Shown: piece by piece, positions 1 through 8,719 of the stretch
Layout: each line of letters opens with the position of its first letter
Numbering within the stretch: position 1 is the stretch's first letter
NCBI GenBank assembly: GCA_048939625.1
Contig: JBHLPH010000008.1
Coordinates: forward strand, 23,212 to 87,211
DNA from: Promethearchaeota archaeon
GTDB taxonomy: Archaea; Asgardarchaeota; Hermodarchaeia; Hermodarchaeales; Hermodarchaeaceae
Length of the DNA: 64,000 bases
Direction: 5' to 3'
Position numbers and translations under genes: made by a program
The notes under the pieces: generated by a model
Databases searched by the model: none
Told to the model about the DNA's origin: nothing
Seen by the model: only the letters and a program-made list of their open reading frames with translations

Positions 1-904
1 AATAAGCACAGGTTAGCATGATGCTCTCAATGGCTCCTAACCGGGCAGTACCGTACTGCATATCGACTGCTGTGGGGGATCCACCGTAAATTACCGGAGA
101 TCCCTTCGCAGCAAGTTGGGTAAGGACAACCCCGCTTAGAGACTCGGCATTATGCAACACTAAAGAACCAGCAATCGTGATGGGTCCCGTTGCTCCAAGT
201 TGAGGCATTGAGATAAGTTCAATGGGAATACCTGCTTTCGCCCCTTGTAAAAGGTCGTGAACAGTCAATTCACTCCATTGAAGTGGAGCTGAGGGGCAAG
301 TATCAAAGATGGCTAGCGGTTTTTTTCGGAGTTTCTCAGGTCCACCAACTACTGCTTCAAGCATTTGCCTCATATCGTCAAAGGCATCTAAAGTGAAGGT
401 ACCTGTGACGATAGGCTTTGTCGAATTCAGTAAAACATGATAAAGACGGTAGCGGTCAGCGAGTTCAGGTGGAACATCTGTGGGGATAAGGGCGGTACTT
501 TGGACATCAATATGAGATAGAGCGTCAGTAACTCGCGCAAACTCAATTACATCCTTGGTATTGGGATGATGGCGTTCTCCGGTTTTTCGATCAAGTAAAT
601 GGGTTGCAGCAGAACCAGGGTTAAAGTGAATGTTGTCGCCTTCAAGTGTCATAGCATGGTTGCCATCGCGACTAAACATGTGAATAGCACTTGGTGCGTG
701 TTTTAATTGTTCTTCAACTAGAGAAGAAGGAAACTTGGCATGTTCCTTTTCATAATCGACCTGTGCACCAGCTTTCTCTAGTAGCTCTAAAGCCTCTTGA
801 CTTTGGATTTTCATCCCCACTTTTTCTAGAAGACTGAGACTTTCCCCATGAATTCGAAGAACATCTTCATCGGAGAGTAATTGGAATTTGGGTCGTTGAT
901 TCAT
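1..904 (-). CDS. Trimethylamine methyltransferase (MttB) superfamily protein, truncated by window edge
   Basis: Not in ORF track. Manual translation from ATG at 904: MNQRPKFQLLSDEDVLRIHGESLSLLEKVGMKI...FNPGSAA...CPSAPLQW...MPQLGATGPITIAGSLVLHNAESLSGVVLTQL...GSPVIYGGS...GAIES, typical of MttB family; adjacent to corrinoid protein. Confidence 0.9.
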   Translation of the reverse strand, partial: MNQRPKFQLLSDEDVLRIHGESLSLLEKVGMKIQSQEALELLEKAGAQVDYEKEHAKFPSSLVEEQLKHAPSAIHMFSRDGNHAMTLEGDNIHFNPGSAATHLLDRKTGERHHPNTKDVIEFARVTDALSHIDVQSTALIPTDVPPELADRYRLYHVLLNSTKPIVTGTFTLDAFDDMRQMLEAVVGGPEKLRKKPLAIFDTCPSAPLQWSELTVHDLLQGAKAGIPIELISMPQLGATGPITIAGSLVLHNAESLSGVVLTQLAAKGSPVIYGGSPTAVDMQYGTARLGAIESIMLTCAY

Positions 905-940
905 CTTTCTCACATCTCACTTTTCTGAGGGTTTTTTCGA

Positions 941-1585
941 TTAATGCCCGGTTAATCGTTTAGCGATTTTCACAGCTTGATTGAAGTCTACACCATATGC
1001 GTCGGCACCAATTTTATCCGCAAATTGCTGGCTAACTGGAGCACCCCCGACCATTACCTTGACCTTTTTGTCAAGCTTCTCAGCCTTGAGTAAATCGATG
1101 GTTTCTTGCATTCGGTCCATTGTAGTTGTGAGTAGTGCAGACATGGCGATGATGTCTGCTTTCACATTCTTGGTCTTGTCAATGAACTGCGCTGGCGTTA
1201 CCTCTACCCCTAAATCATAGACGGTAAATCCAGCAACTGTTAGCATTGTTGCGACAATTGATTTACCAATGTCGTGGATATCTCCTTGAACGGTACCTAT
1301 CACAATTTTTCCTAGAGCTTCTTCATCCACGGTTTTGGCTAAATATGGTTCAAGGAACTTGAGGGCTTGTTTCATTGTTTCAGCAGCAACAGCCAGTTCG
1401 GGTAGGAATGCTTCGCCTTTTTCGAAGCGATCTCCCAAGACTCGAATTCCTGCTGTTAGTCCTTGATTCACTATCTGCGAGGCATCAATTCCCTCCTCAA
1501 TGGCTTTCGGAACAAGTTCAAGAACTTGATCGGTTTGGCAATTGATCATTTCATTGCGTATTTGGTCTACAATTTTTTGTCCCAT
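941..1585 (-). CDS. Methyltransferase corrinoid protein (MttC/MtaC-like)
   Basis: GDIHDIG (DxHxxG) B12-binding motif, SALLTTT, VGGAPV, N-terminal cap domain. Confidence 0.95.
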   Translation of the reverse strand: MGQKIVDQIRNEMINCQTDQVLELVPKAIEEGIDASQIVNQGLTAGIRVLGDRFEKGEAFLPELAVAAETMKQALKFLEPYLAKTVDEEALGKIVIGTVQGDIHDIGKSIVATMLTVAGFTVYDLGVEVTPAQFIDKTKNVKADIIAMSALLTTTMDRMQETIDLLKAEKLDKKVKVMVGGAPVSQQFADKIGADAYGVDFNQAVKIAKRLTGH

Positions 1586-1619
1586 TGGTTAAGTCCCTCG
1601 TCAGTCCTTGCGACTTCAT

Positions 1620-2675
1620 TCATTCGATGATTTCCCAAGAGTGCTGATACTTATCGAGTTCTGATATGGTTCGGGAATCCATAGGGTGATCTCGATCTGG
1701 AACATCCAAGTGTTTTGGTTCACCACAAAGGGGTGTACTGAAATAACGCTGTCCGCTGTCATTAATCATAGTCACGATGTTTTTGAGTTCTGGATGTTTC
1801 TTTACTAATTTCAGAGCAGCTGCCACATTACAGCCTGAAGAGATACCACAAAACAGTCCCTCTTCGCAGCTGAGCCATTGGGCCATTTCAAGAGCTTCAT
1901 CAGATGTGGTTGTGATTATGCCATCCAGAATGCTTAGGTCTAGATTTTCAGGGACGAAACCGTCCCCAATGCCTTCGATACGGTGGGACCCCCATCTCCT
2001 GTGGGCTAGGAGTGGAGCTTCAGTGGGTTCAATGGCGTAAAGTTTTACTTTGGGATTCTGTTCGCGTAAATATCGACCAACACCTGTGATTGTTCCGCCT
2101 GTTCCTTGGCTGGCTATGAATGCATCAACGTTCTTTCCAGACTGCTCCCAGATTTCAGGTCCTGTTGTTTCATAGTGGGCAAGCGTGTTGTCAGGATTGC
2201 TAAATTGAGCCGGTTCCCAATACTTGCCAGGGTTGGATTCCTTGAGCTCTTTGACCTTCTCAAGACACAAATCGACATCCGATTCACCACCCGGCGTCAG
2301 AATGATTTTCGCCCCATACGCTGACATTAATTTTCGTCGCTCTTGACTCATTCCTTTGGGCATAACTATGGTCACTGGATAATTTAGCATTCGACCTACA
2401 AAGGCACACGCTATTCCTGCATTGCCCGTAGATGACTCAATGATTTCCATACCAGGCTTAAGGTCTCCTCGGTTAATGGCTTCTTGAATCATTTTGAAGT
2501 AGATTCGGTCCTTAAGACTCCCTGTGGGGGAATACCATTCGATTTTTCCTAAGATATTCGCTCCTGCTCTTTCACTGACTTTTGGCATTCGGAAAAGAGG
2601 AGTAAGACCGATGAGGTCAAAGATATTATTCTGAATCTGTTTGTACTTATCCCATTTCAAAGGCAACGTCCGCAA
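1620..2675 (-). CDS. PLP-dependent cysteine synthase family protein (CysK/CysM-like)
   Basis: IGLTPL, SPTGSLKDR (PLP Lys), ESSTGNAG, GTGGTITG, IEGIG, DSGQRYFST. Confidence 0.9.
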   Translation of the reverse strand: MRTLPLKWDKYKQIQNNIFDLIGLTPLFRMPKVSERAGANILGKIEWYSPTGSLKDRIYFKMIQEAINRGDLKPGMEIIESSTGNAGIACAFVGRMLNYPVTIVMPKGMSQERRKLMSAYGAKIILTPGGESDVDLCLEKVKELKESNPGKYWEPAQFSNPDNTLAHYETTGPEIWEQSGKNVDAFIASQGTGGTITGVGRYLREQNPKVKLYAIEPTEAPLLAHRRWGSHRIEGIGDGFVPENLDLSILDGIITTTSDEALEMAQWLSCEEGLFCGISSGCNVAAALKLVKKHPELKNIVTMINDSGQRYFSTPLCGEPKHLDVPDRDHPMDSRTISELDKYQHSWEIIE

Positions 2676-2801
2676 CTCCTATGGAATTAATCGCAGCTTA
2701 GACTAGCCCGTATATAAGGATACAGCTTCTCGTGATGCACGAAGCAAAAAATCATAAGAGGCTAAGGTGGCTTTCTGAAGAGATCAATAGGAGTCAATTC
2801 A

Positions 2802-3509
2802 GTGAAACTTCAAGGACCTTTCCTCTATGGGCAATTCCTCGAACGCCCAAATCGATTCCTGACAGTCTGCCGGTTGAACGGACGTAAAGTTTTGGCGTAT
2901 ATACCGAATCCTGGTCCTATGCCTGATTTGCTTTTTTCTGGCGTTGAAGTTCTTCTCCGACATAACCCAGGAGTTCATCGAAAAACCGATTATGATCTAG
3001 TCTGTTCACGTAGTAATGGCGTGCTGCTATCTTTAGATTCACGCGTTCCCAATTGGCTGCTTGCAGAAGCTCTACCTCGTCGCCAACTAACTCCCTTTGC
3101 TCAATACCATGAGATTGTTCCTGAACCCGTCTACAAGGATAGTCGACTCGATTTTCTTCTCCGGAATAAAAACCTCCCGCCGTGTTATATCGAGGCTAAA
3201 TCCTCTACTGATACTCGTGAGGGTGTTGGCATGTTTCCCCGGGTTCCTACCGAACGGGGACAACGGCATGTTCAAGAGCTAATGCATGCCATCGATGAAG
3301 GACACCGTGCAGCAATTGTTTTTATCGTTCAACGAATCGACGCTGATAGGATGCAGCCAAACGATCCAATTGATCCAGAGTTTGGAGCTGTCTTACGCAA
3401 AGCAGTCGATTATGGCGTTGAAGCTTACGCCTGGAGAACCCGCTTCATCGAATCCACTTGTGAAATCACAATCGACCGACAAATCCCCGTTGATCTGAGT
3501 CCCCCTTGA
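2802..3509 (+). CDS. sfsA: DNA/RNA nuclease SfsA family
   Basis: RPNRF, IPNPG, RKTDYDL, SRLDFLL, YIEAKS, TERGQRH. Confidence 0.9.
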   Translation: MKLQGPFLYGQFLERPNRFLTVCRLNGRKVLAYIPNPGPMPDLLFSGVEVLLRHNPGVHRKTDYDLVCSRSNGVLLSLDSRVPNWLLAEALPRRQLTPFAQYHEIVPEPVYKDSRLDFLLRNKNLPPCYIEAKSSTDTREGVGMFPRVPTERGQRHVQELMHAIDEGHRAAIVFIVQRIDADRMQPNDPIDPEFGAVLRKAVDYGVEAYAWRTRFIESTCEITIDRQIPVDLSPP

Positions 3510-3521
3510 AATACGGATTAC

Positions 3522-4568
3522 CTAAGTTAGCTGTCCAAATTTCTCCGCCGCCCTGACCATTGCTCGAATATTCTCTAAAGGTGCTAACGGAGGAATTTCG
3601 CAACCACTACTAAGGATATATCGTCCATCACGACCCACTGCCGCAATACAATGCTTCGCCGCCATTTCGACTTGCTCAGGTGTTCCCGATAATAGTAGTT
3701 CTGTTGGATTGAGGTTTCCCATTATAATGGCCTGCTTGCCAACTTGGTTCTTTGCATATTGCAAATCGACCAAGTGATCTAACTCTATCACTTTAGGTCC
3801 CGTTTCAACCATCTGCTTGAGAATTGGAGTAGTTTTCCCACAAATGTGTAAGGAAGGAATAGCCGCTGCCTGTTTTATGGCATCTAGTACTGATTTGAGG
3901 TGTGGTGCAGCAAAAGCTTCGAAGGTTTGTGCACTAATCAGGCTACCACTGGCAGTTGGGTCGGCAGCAACGATGACATCGATTCCTGCTTCAATGTTGG
4001 CTTGTGCATAGCGTATTGAAGCCTGCTTCGCTAGCTCCACAATCTTGTTCACATAAGTGGGATTTTGGATAGTGGCCATCATTAAGGAGTTTACTCCACT
4101 TAGCTGTCCCGCTAAGGTAAAAGGTCCTGGAGTATATGCAAAAAGCGGAATTTCATTATGGACTTCGGCTTTGATTCGGGAAACTAACTCCATATGTAAG
4201 GGTAACCTACCAGAACTTCGGGGATCTGGAATTTCTAAGGTGTCCAGGTCATCCGGAGACTGTAATACATGTTCGGCTACTTGGGGTACGGAATTCTCAG
4301 GAAACCGCATGATGCAACCCATTGCTTCAGCTAAAAGATTGAATGAACTTTCCCAACCCACATAAATCGCATCATAACCAAGCTCCCGTTGTCCGGCTAA
4401 CAAGGCTTCTGCAGTCTTTTCAGGACTATGTAATGCTTCCACTAAGCCAACTCCGGTAAGTTGAGCCGTGGTATATGTGATTTGGGGGATAACTGGGATT
4501 CTATCTGGCATCTTACCCTGAAGAAGAGTCATCACCCGATCATACGGTGTAAGAGAAGCCATCGTCAT
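3522..4568 (-). CDS. MtaA/CmuA-family methylcobamide methyltransferase (URO-D superfamily)
   Basis: GPFTLAG, ADPTAS, Zn-binding LHICG and SGCEI motifs, GNLNP. Confidence 0.85.
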   Translation of the reverse strand: MTMASLTPYDRVMTLLQGKMPDRIPVIPQITYTTAQLTGVGLVEALHSPEKTAEALLAGQRELGYDAIYVGWESSFNLLAEAMGCIMRFPENSVPQVAEHVLQSPDDLDTLEIPDPRSSGRLPLHMELVSRIKAEVHNEIPLFAYTPGPFTLAGQLSGVNSLMMATIQNPTYVNKIVELAKQASIRYAQANIEAGIDVIVAADPTASGSLISAQTFEAFAAPHLKSVLDAIKQAAAIPSLHICGKTTPILKQMVETGPKVIELDHLVDLQYAKNQVGKQAIIMGNLNPTELLLSGTPEQVEMAAKHCIAAVGRDGRYILSSGCEIPPLAPLENIRAMVRAAEKFGQLT

Positions 4569-4760
4569 GAAACCTCGTTCTTCTGTAGGTCCCGGTCAGT
4601 GATAGCTATACTTAATTACCTAATAAAATGCGTTTGCTATAGACTGAATAAATTTTCCATGCCTTGGGCAGCATCTTTAAATTGTTAAGAAGCGAAGTTC
4701 TGACGGGGAATGTGTCTTCCCCGAGATGTACCGGATAGGTAGGGTTCGGATCCGATAGGT

Positions 4761-5717
4761 ATGTCTGAAAATAATCGACGAAAGGCGCAATCCGATTCAG
4801 ACCAGGCAAACGGAGAACCAAATGTTTGCCCTAATTGTGGAAGCAATAATCTTATTATGACATCTTCTCGCGAACTCGTATGCTCTAATTGCGGACTTGT
4901 CCTTAGCGATGATGTGATTGATTTTGGCGCCGAATGGCGTGAATTTTCCCCAGAAGAACGGGATAAACGTGCACGCGCAGGTCCTCCATCCACCCTTACC
5001 ATGCATGACCGTGGACTTTCCACAACCATTGATTGGCGGGATGTCGATGCCCGTGGGCATAAACTCGATGCATCTCGTCGGGCTGAAATGCAACGGATTC
5101 GAAAGTGGCATAACAGAAGTCGAGTCTATCAAGCCAGCGAACGGAATCTCGCCAGTGCCATGAGTGAGCTAGATCGATTGTCTGGTCAATTGGATCTTCC
5201 CCAACGTGTCCGCCAATCTGCCGCCCTTCTGTACCGAAGAGCGCTGGATAAAAACCTCATTCGTGGTCGAAGCATTGAAGCAATAGTGGCTGCGTGTGTG
5301 TACGCAGCTTGTCGGTTCACAAGTTTTCCCCGAACCCTTGCTGACGTGGGTCGATATACACGGGTAGGACGCAAGGAACTCGGACGTTCCTATCGACTGA
5401 TTGTTAGACGTCTTGGTCTTCAAATGCCGATCACTCAACCAGAAGATTTCGTTTCTCGGTATACCACTGCCCTCTCGCTCTCCCAACGCACACATGCCCG
5501 TGCCCTTGATATTCTCATGAAAGCTCGCACTAAAGGCATCACATCAGGAAAAGATCCTACCTGTATTGCTGCTGCTGCAATCTACATTGCTTCAATTTTG
5601 GAAGGGGAACGCCGAACTCAACGCGAAATTGGTGAAGTAGCTGGTGTTACTGAAGTTACGGTTCGAAACCGCTACAAAGAATTAGTTCGGGCACTGGACC
5701 TTGGCGTCGAGGTTTAG
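4761..5717 (+). CDS. tfb: Transcription initiation factor IIB
   Basis: Zn ribbon CPNC..CSNCG, EWREF, HDRGLST, two cyclin repeats, VTEVTVRNRYKEL. Confidence 0.98.
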   Translation: MSENNRRKAQSDSDQANGEPNVCPNCGSNNLIMTSSRELVCSNCGLVLSDDVIDFGAEWREFSPEERDKRARAGPPSTLTMHDRGLSTTIDWRDVDARGHKLDASRRAEMQRIRKWHNRSRVYQASERNLASAMSELDRLSGQLDLPQRVRQSAALLYRRALDKNLIRGRSIEAIVAACVYAACRFTSFPRTLADVGRYTRVGRKELGRSYRLIVRRLGLQMPITQPEDFVSRYTTALSLSQRTHARALDILMKARTKGITSGKDPTCIAAAAIYIASILEGERRTQREIGEVAGVTEVTVRNRYKELVRALDLGVEV

Positions 5718-5831
5718 CCTCACGCAATACGCATTTCCCTAATTCTCTATCTAGACAAAATTACTTAAAGGCACATTCCTGAGTGTATGCCAGGTTTCCA
5801 GCTGAGGCGTCTTAATGCTTTAAGCTAGACT

Positions 5832-7808
5832 TTGCATTTGGAAGCGGTAAACGTGAAAAAAACTACTCTACTCCTCGGGCTTTTCTGCACGGTGTTTTTA
5901 TTGGCTCTTCTGATTACCCCGGCTGCAGTCCATGAGGTTACAACACCTTTTCTTAAAGGTGATTTAGCTTCGACACCACTGATTGTAACAGCTCCCATCC
6001 AGCAACCTACTCCTCTTCTTATCCCACCAAGTCCATCAGGGGCATACGTAGCAATTGTTGTGGAAAATGGGCTTTGGGGCACCCCAGCAGTCCAGATTGC
6101 AGTGACCCAATACCGAACTGACCTAAATAATACAGGTTATAACACCATCTTGTATACAAGCACAATTCCAAATGCACCTACTCTACGTGGATTGCTCCAA
6201 ACTTGGTATACTTCGAATAATATCATTGGTGCTGTTCTGATTGGAAACTTACCTTACATACGCTTTGAACATGGACTTAACACCTCTGGAGTTAGCGGAG
6301 GTTATGATAGTTTTCCAGCCAGCACTCCTTTCATCTGTGACTTATATTACATGGACTTAGATGGTAGCTGGTATGATACTGACACAAACAGTGTATATGA
6401 TAGACATAATGCTAGTGCAGGCTATGATATCTTTCCAGAAATCTATGTGGGGCGATTAGATGCAAGCACAAGAACATATGGTGGACAAACCAATGCAAAT
6501 GATATCATAATGCTTCTCAACAGAATTCATTCATATCGAACGGGTTCTGTTGCACGGACTCACCGCGCTTTAACCTATATAGATGATGATTGGCAAGCAT
6601 GGGCTAATGGAACATATGATGTTTGGCCTGCATGGTTTAACAATGCTTATTCTAATCACACAGACATTCATACTCCGGGAACTTGGACAAATGCTACTGA
6701 TTGGCTATCGTATAGGTTAAACCAGGATTATGAATGGGTACATCTTTGTGCACACAGTACACCAACTTATCATGCTTTTGGCAAAACAGGTGGTCCAAGT
6801 GAAGGCACTGTTACTGCTGCACAGATACACAGTCAGGTTCCCACATTTAATTTCTACAACCTCTTTTCATGCTCGGGATCAAATTGGTTAAGTACTGATT
6901 GCCTAGCAACCACATATCTGTTCTCTGGTAGTCACTCTCTTGCAGTCATTGGATCTACAAAGACTGGAGGAATGCTTGGAGGCAATCACTTCTATGACCC
7001 TATTGGGCAAAATGAAACGATTGGTCAAGCTCTCAAAAATTGGTTCACGGGGATTAAAAGCTATACCTATTATTACCTTGAATGGTTTTACGGAATGTGT
7101 ATTCTGGGTGATCCTTTTCTTACTACACATTACGATATCACGGCTTTGGCACCAACAATAACCTCGTCTACCCATCCTGATCCAACAGCCTGGTCTACCA
7201 ATATCCTACCTCAATTCAACTGGACAATCCCAGCTGATGTAAATGGGATCGCTGGATACTACTATATTCTCGATCAAAATCCAACCACAATACCTACTGC
7301 GAGCACTGGAACTTATACAACAGTTAACGGCACGGCTATTTCTACACCATTATCTGATTCCACTTGGTTTTTCCATGTGGTCACAAAAGATACAGTTGGG
7401 AATATCGGTTCTGAAGCAGCACATTACCAAATTAATATTGATTCAACTAATCCGATTGTAATAATAAATTCGCCTATTGATGGTGCAACTGTTTTATCGG
7501 AATTTATAATTTCTTGGTCTGTAACTGAAAACGGTTCAGGTTATAGTTCGGCAAATATCTATGTAAATGGATCAATCAGAACAACAGTCAATGCACCCCA
7601 AATGAACACAACCATCACTAATTTAGCTCTAGGTACTTATTCCATTAATGTCACAGTCTTTGATTTATCGGGATTCCAAGGCTCTCAGCAAATCACAGTT
7701 ACTGTAATAACCCCACCAGTAATCCCCGGATTTCCCGTTGGAGCAATTATACTCGGAGTTACTTTCGCAATTAGTTTCGGGATAATTAAAAGAGGACGAA
7801 AACGTTAG
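5832..7808 (+). CDS. Secreted peptidase C25 (gingipain-like) protein with Ig-like domains and IPGF-type C-terminal sorting signal
   Basis: Signal peptide; LIG, DLYYMDLDG, PEIYVGR, AHS (His), FSC (Cys), LGDP; ends IPGF + TM + KRGRKR. Start may be GTG 5853. Confidence 0.75.
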   Translation: MHLEAVNVKKTTLLLGLFCTVFLLALLITPAAVHEVTTPFLKGDLASTPLIVTAPIQQPTPLLIPPSPSGAYVAIVVENGLWGTPAVQIAVTQYRTDLNNTGYNTILYTSTIPNAPTLRGLLQTWYTSNNIIGAVLIGNLPYIRFEHGLNTSGVSGGYDSFPASTPFICDLYYMDLDGSWYDTDTNSVYDRHNASAGYDIFPEIYVGRLDASTRTYGGQTNANDIIMLLNRIHSYRTGSVARTHRALTYIDDDWQAWANGTYDVWPAWFNNAYSNHTDIHTPGTWTNATDWLSYRLNQDYEWVHLCAHSTPTYHAFGKTGGPSEGTVTAAQIHSQVPTFNFYNLFSCSGSNWLSTDCLATTYLFSGSHSLAVIGSTKTGGMLGGNHFYDPIGQNETIGQALKNWFTGIKSYTYYYLEWFYGMCILGDPFLTTHYDITALAPTITSSTHPDPTAWSTNILPQFNWTIPADVNGIAGYYYILDQNPTTIPTASTGTYTTVNGTAISTPLSDSTWFFHVVTKDTVGNIGSEAAHYQINIDSTNPIVIINSPIDGATVLSEFIISWSVTENGSGYSSANIYVNGSIRTTVNAPQMNTTITNLALGTYSINVTVFDLSGFQGSQQITVTVITPPVIPGFPVGAIILGVTFAISFGIIKRGRKR

Positions 7809-7856
7809 CTAAAACAATCTGCACGCTTCTAGCAGCGTCTATTTCTCTTACTGGGC

Positions 7857-8636
7857 CTATTGACTATTGAGGATGTTTTCACATTTCTTGAAGAGCTGAT
7901 CAATGCTCTGAGAAAATAGGTGGCTTGGACTTACTTGAACCAAGATTTGTCGGCTTCCGAGCTCTATAAGTCGTGTAAAGAGTGGGACAACCGCTGCCAC
8001 TTCAAATCCGTATTCTTGCTCGATATCTTTTTTGACCTCAGCATGGTCGTAGATGCCAGGAGCCTTGTTACAGACGATATAGGTAGAGGGTACACCTAGT
8101 TTCTTAGCGAGGGCTAATGTGATAGCAGTTCCCAGGAAGTCTTGTTGGTCTAATCGCATGATAACAAACAGCAAGTCGGTTGTCGCCATCGAAAGTAGGG
8201 TTTCTTGGTCCAGCCCAGGGTGTGTATCAATGAAGAGATAGTCTAGGCTTTTGGCTTTGATAATTTGTTTGAATCCTTGGCGAAGAGCAGAAACCTCATA
8301 TCCTTCCCGAATGATGGTTGAAATATCGTCAGCGTTTAAGCTTGCTGGAATAACATGTAAACTACCAGAGCGTAATTTCATGGCTTTAGTGTGGTCGATG
8401 GTAGCTTTTTCGATGTTACATTTCTTACGCAAATAATCGTTCAGGGTATATTTGAATCGTTTTCCGCCGAGGCCAAATAAGACGTGTAACCCAGGACTTT
8501 GAATATCTGTATCAATGACACCGACATTCCGGTCTTTCATCGCTGCATACATGGCAAGATTTGCAGTCAAGTTACTCTTTCCCGTACCTCCACGGAAACT
8601 ATGAACTGTTACGATTTTTCCCATTAGATTATCCAC
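7857..8636 (-). CDS. MinD/ParA-family ATPase
   Basis: Deviant Walker A HSFRGGTGKS, DTDIQSPG, IDTHPG, NK motif; likely start ATG 8624. Confidence 0.92.
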   Translation of the reverse strand: MDNLMGKIVTVHSFRGGTGKSNLTANLAMYAAMKDRNVGVIDTDIQSPGLHVLFGLGGKRFKYTLNDYLRKKCNIEKATIDHTKAMKLRSGSLHVIPASLNADDISTIIREGYEVSALRQGFKQIIKAKSLDYLFIDTHPGLDQETLLSMATTDLLFVIMRLDQQDFLGTAITLALAKKLGVPSTYIVCNKAPGIYDHAEVKKDIEQEYGFEVAAVVPLFTRLIELGSRQILVQVSPSHLFSQSIDQLFKKCENILNSQ

Positions 8637-8719
8637 CTAGATATGAACACATGGTTTTTTGATATCCAGAGTAAGCCTGGCATTTCGAGGTACAAGTTCA
8701 GTATTATTAAACCATTGGT

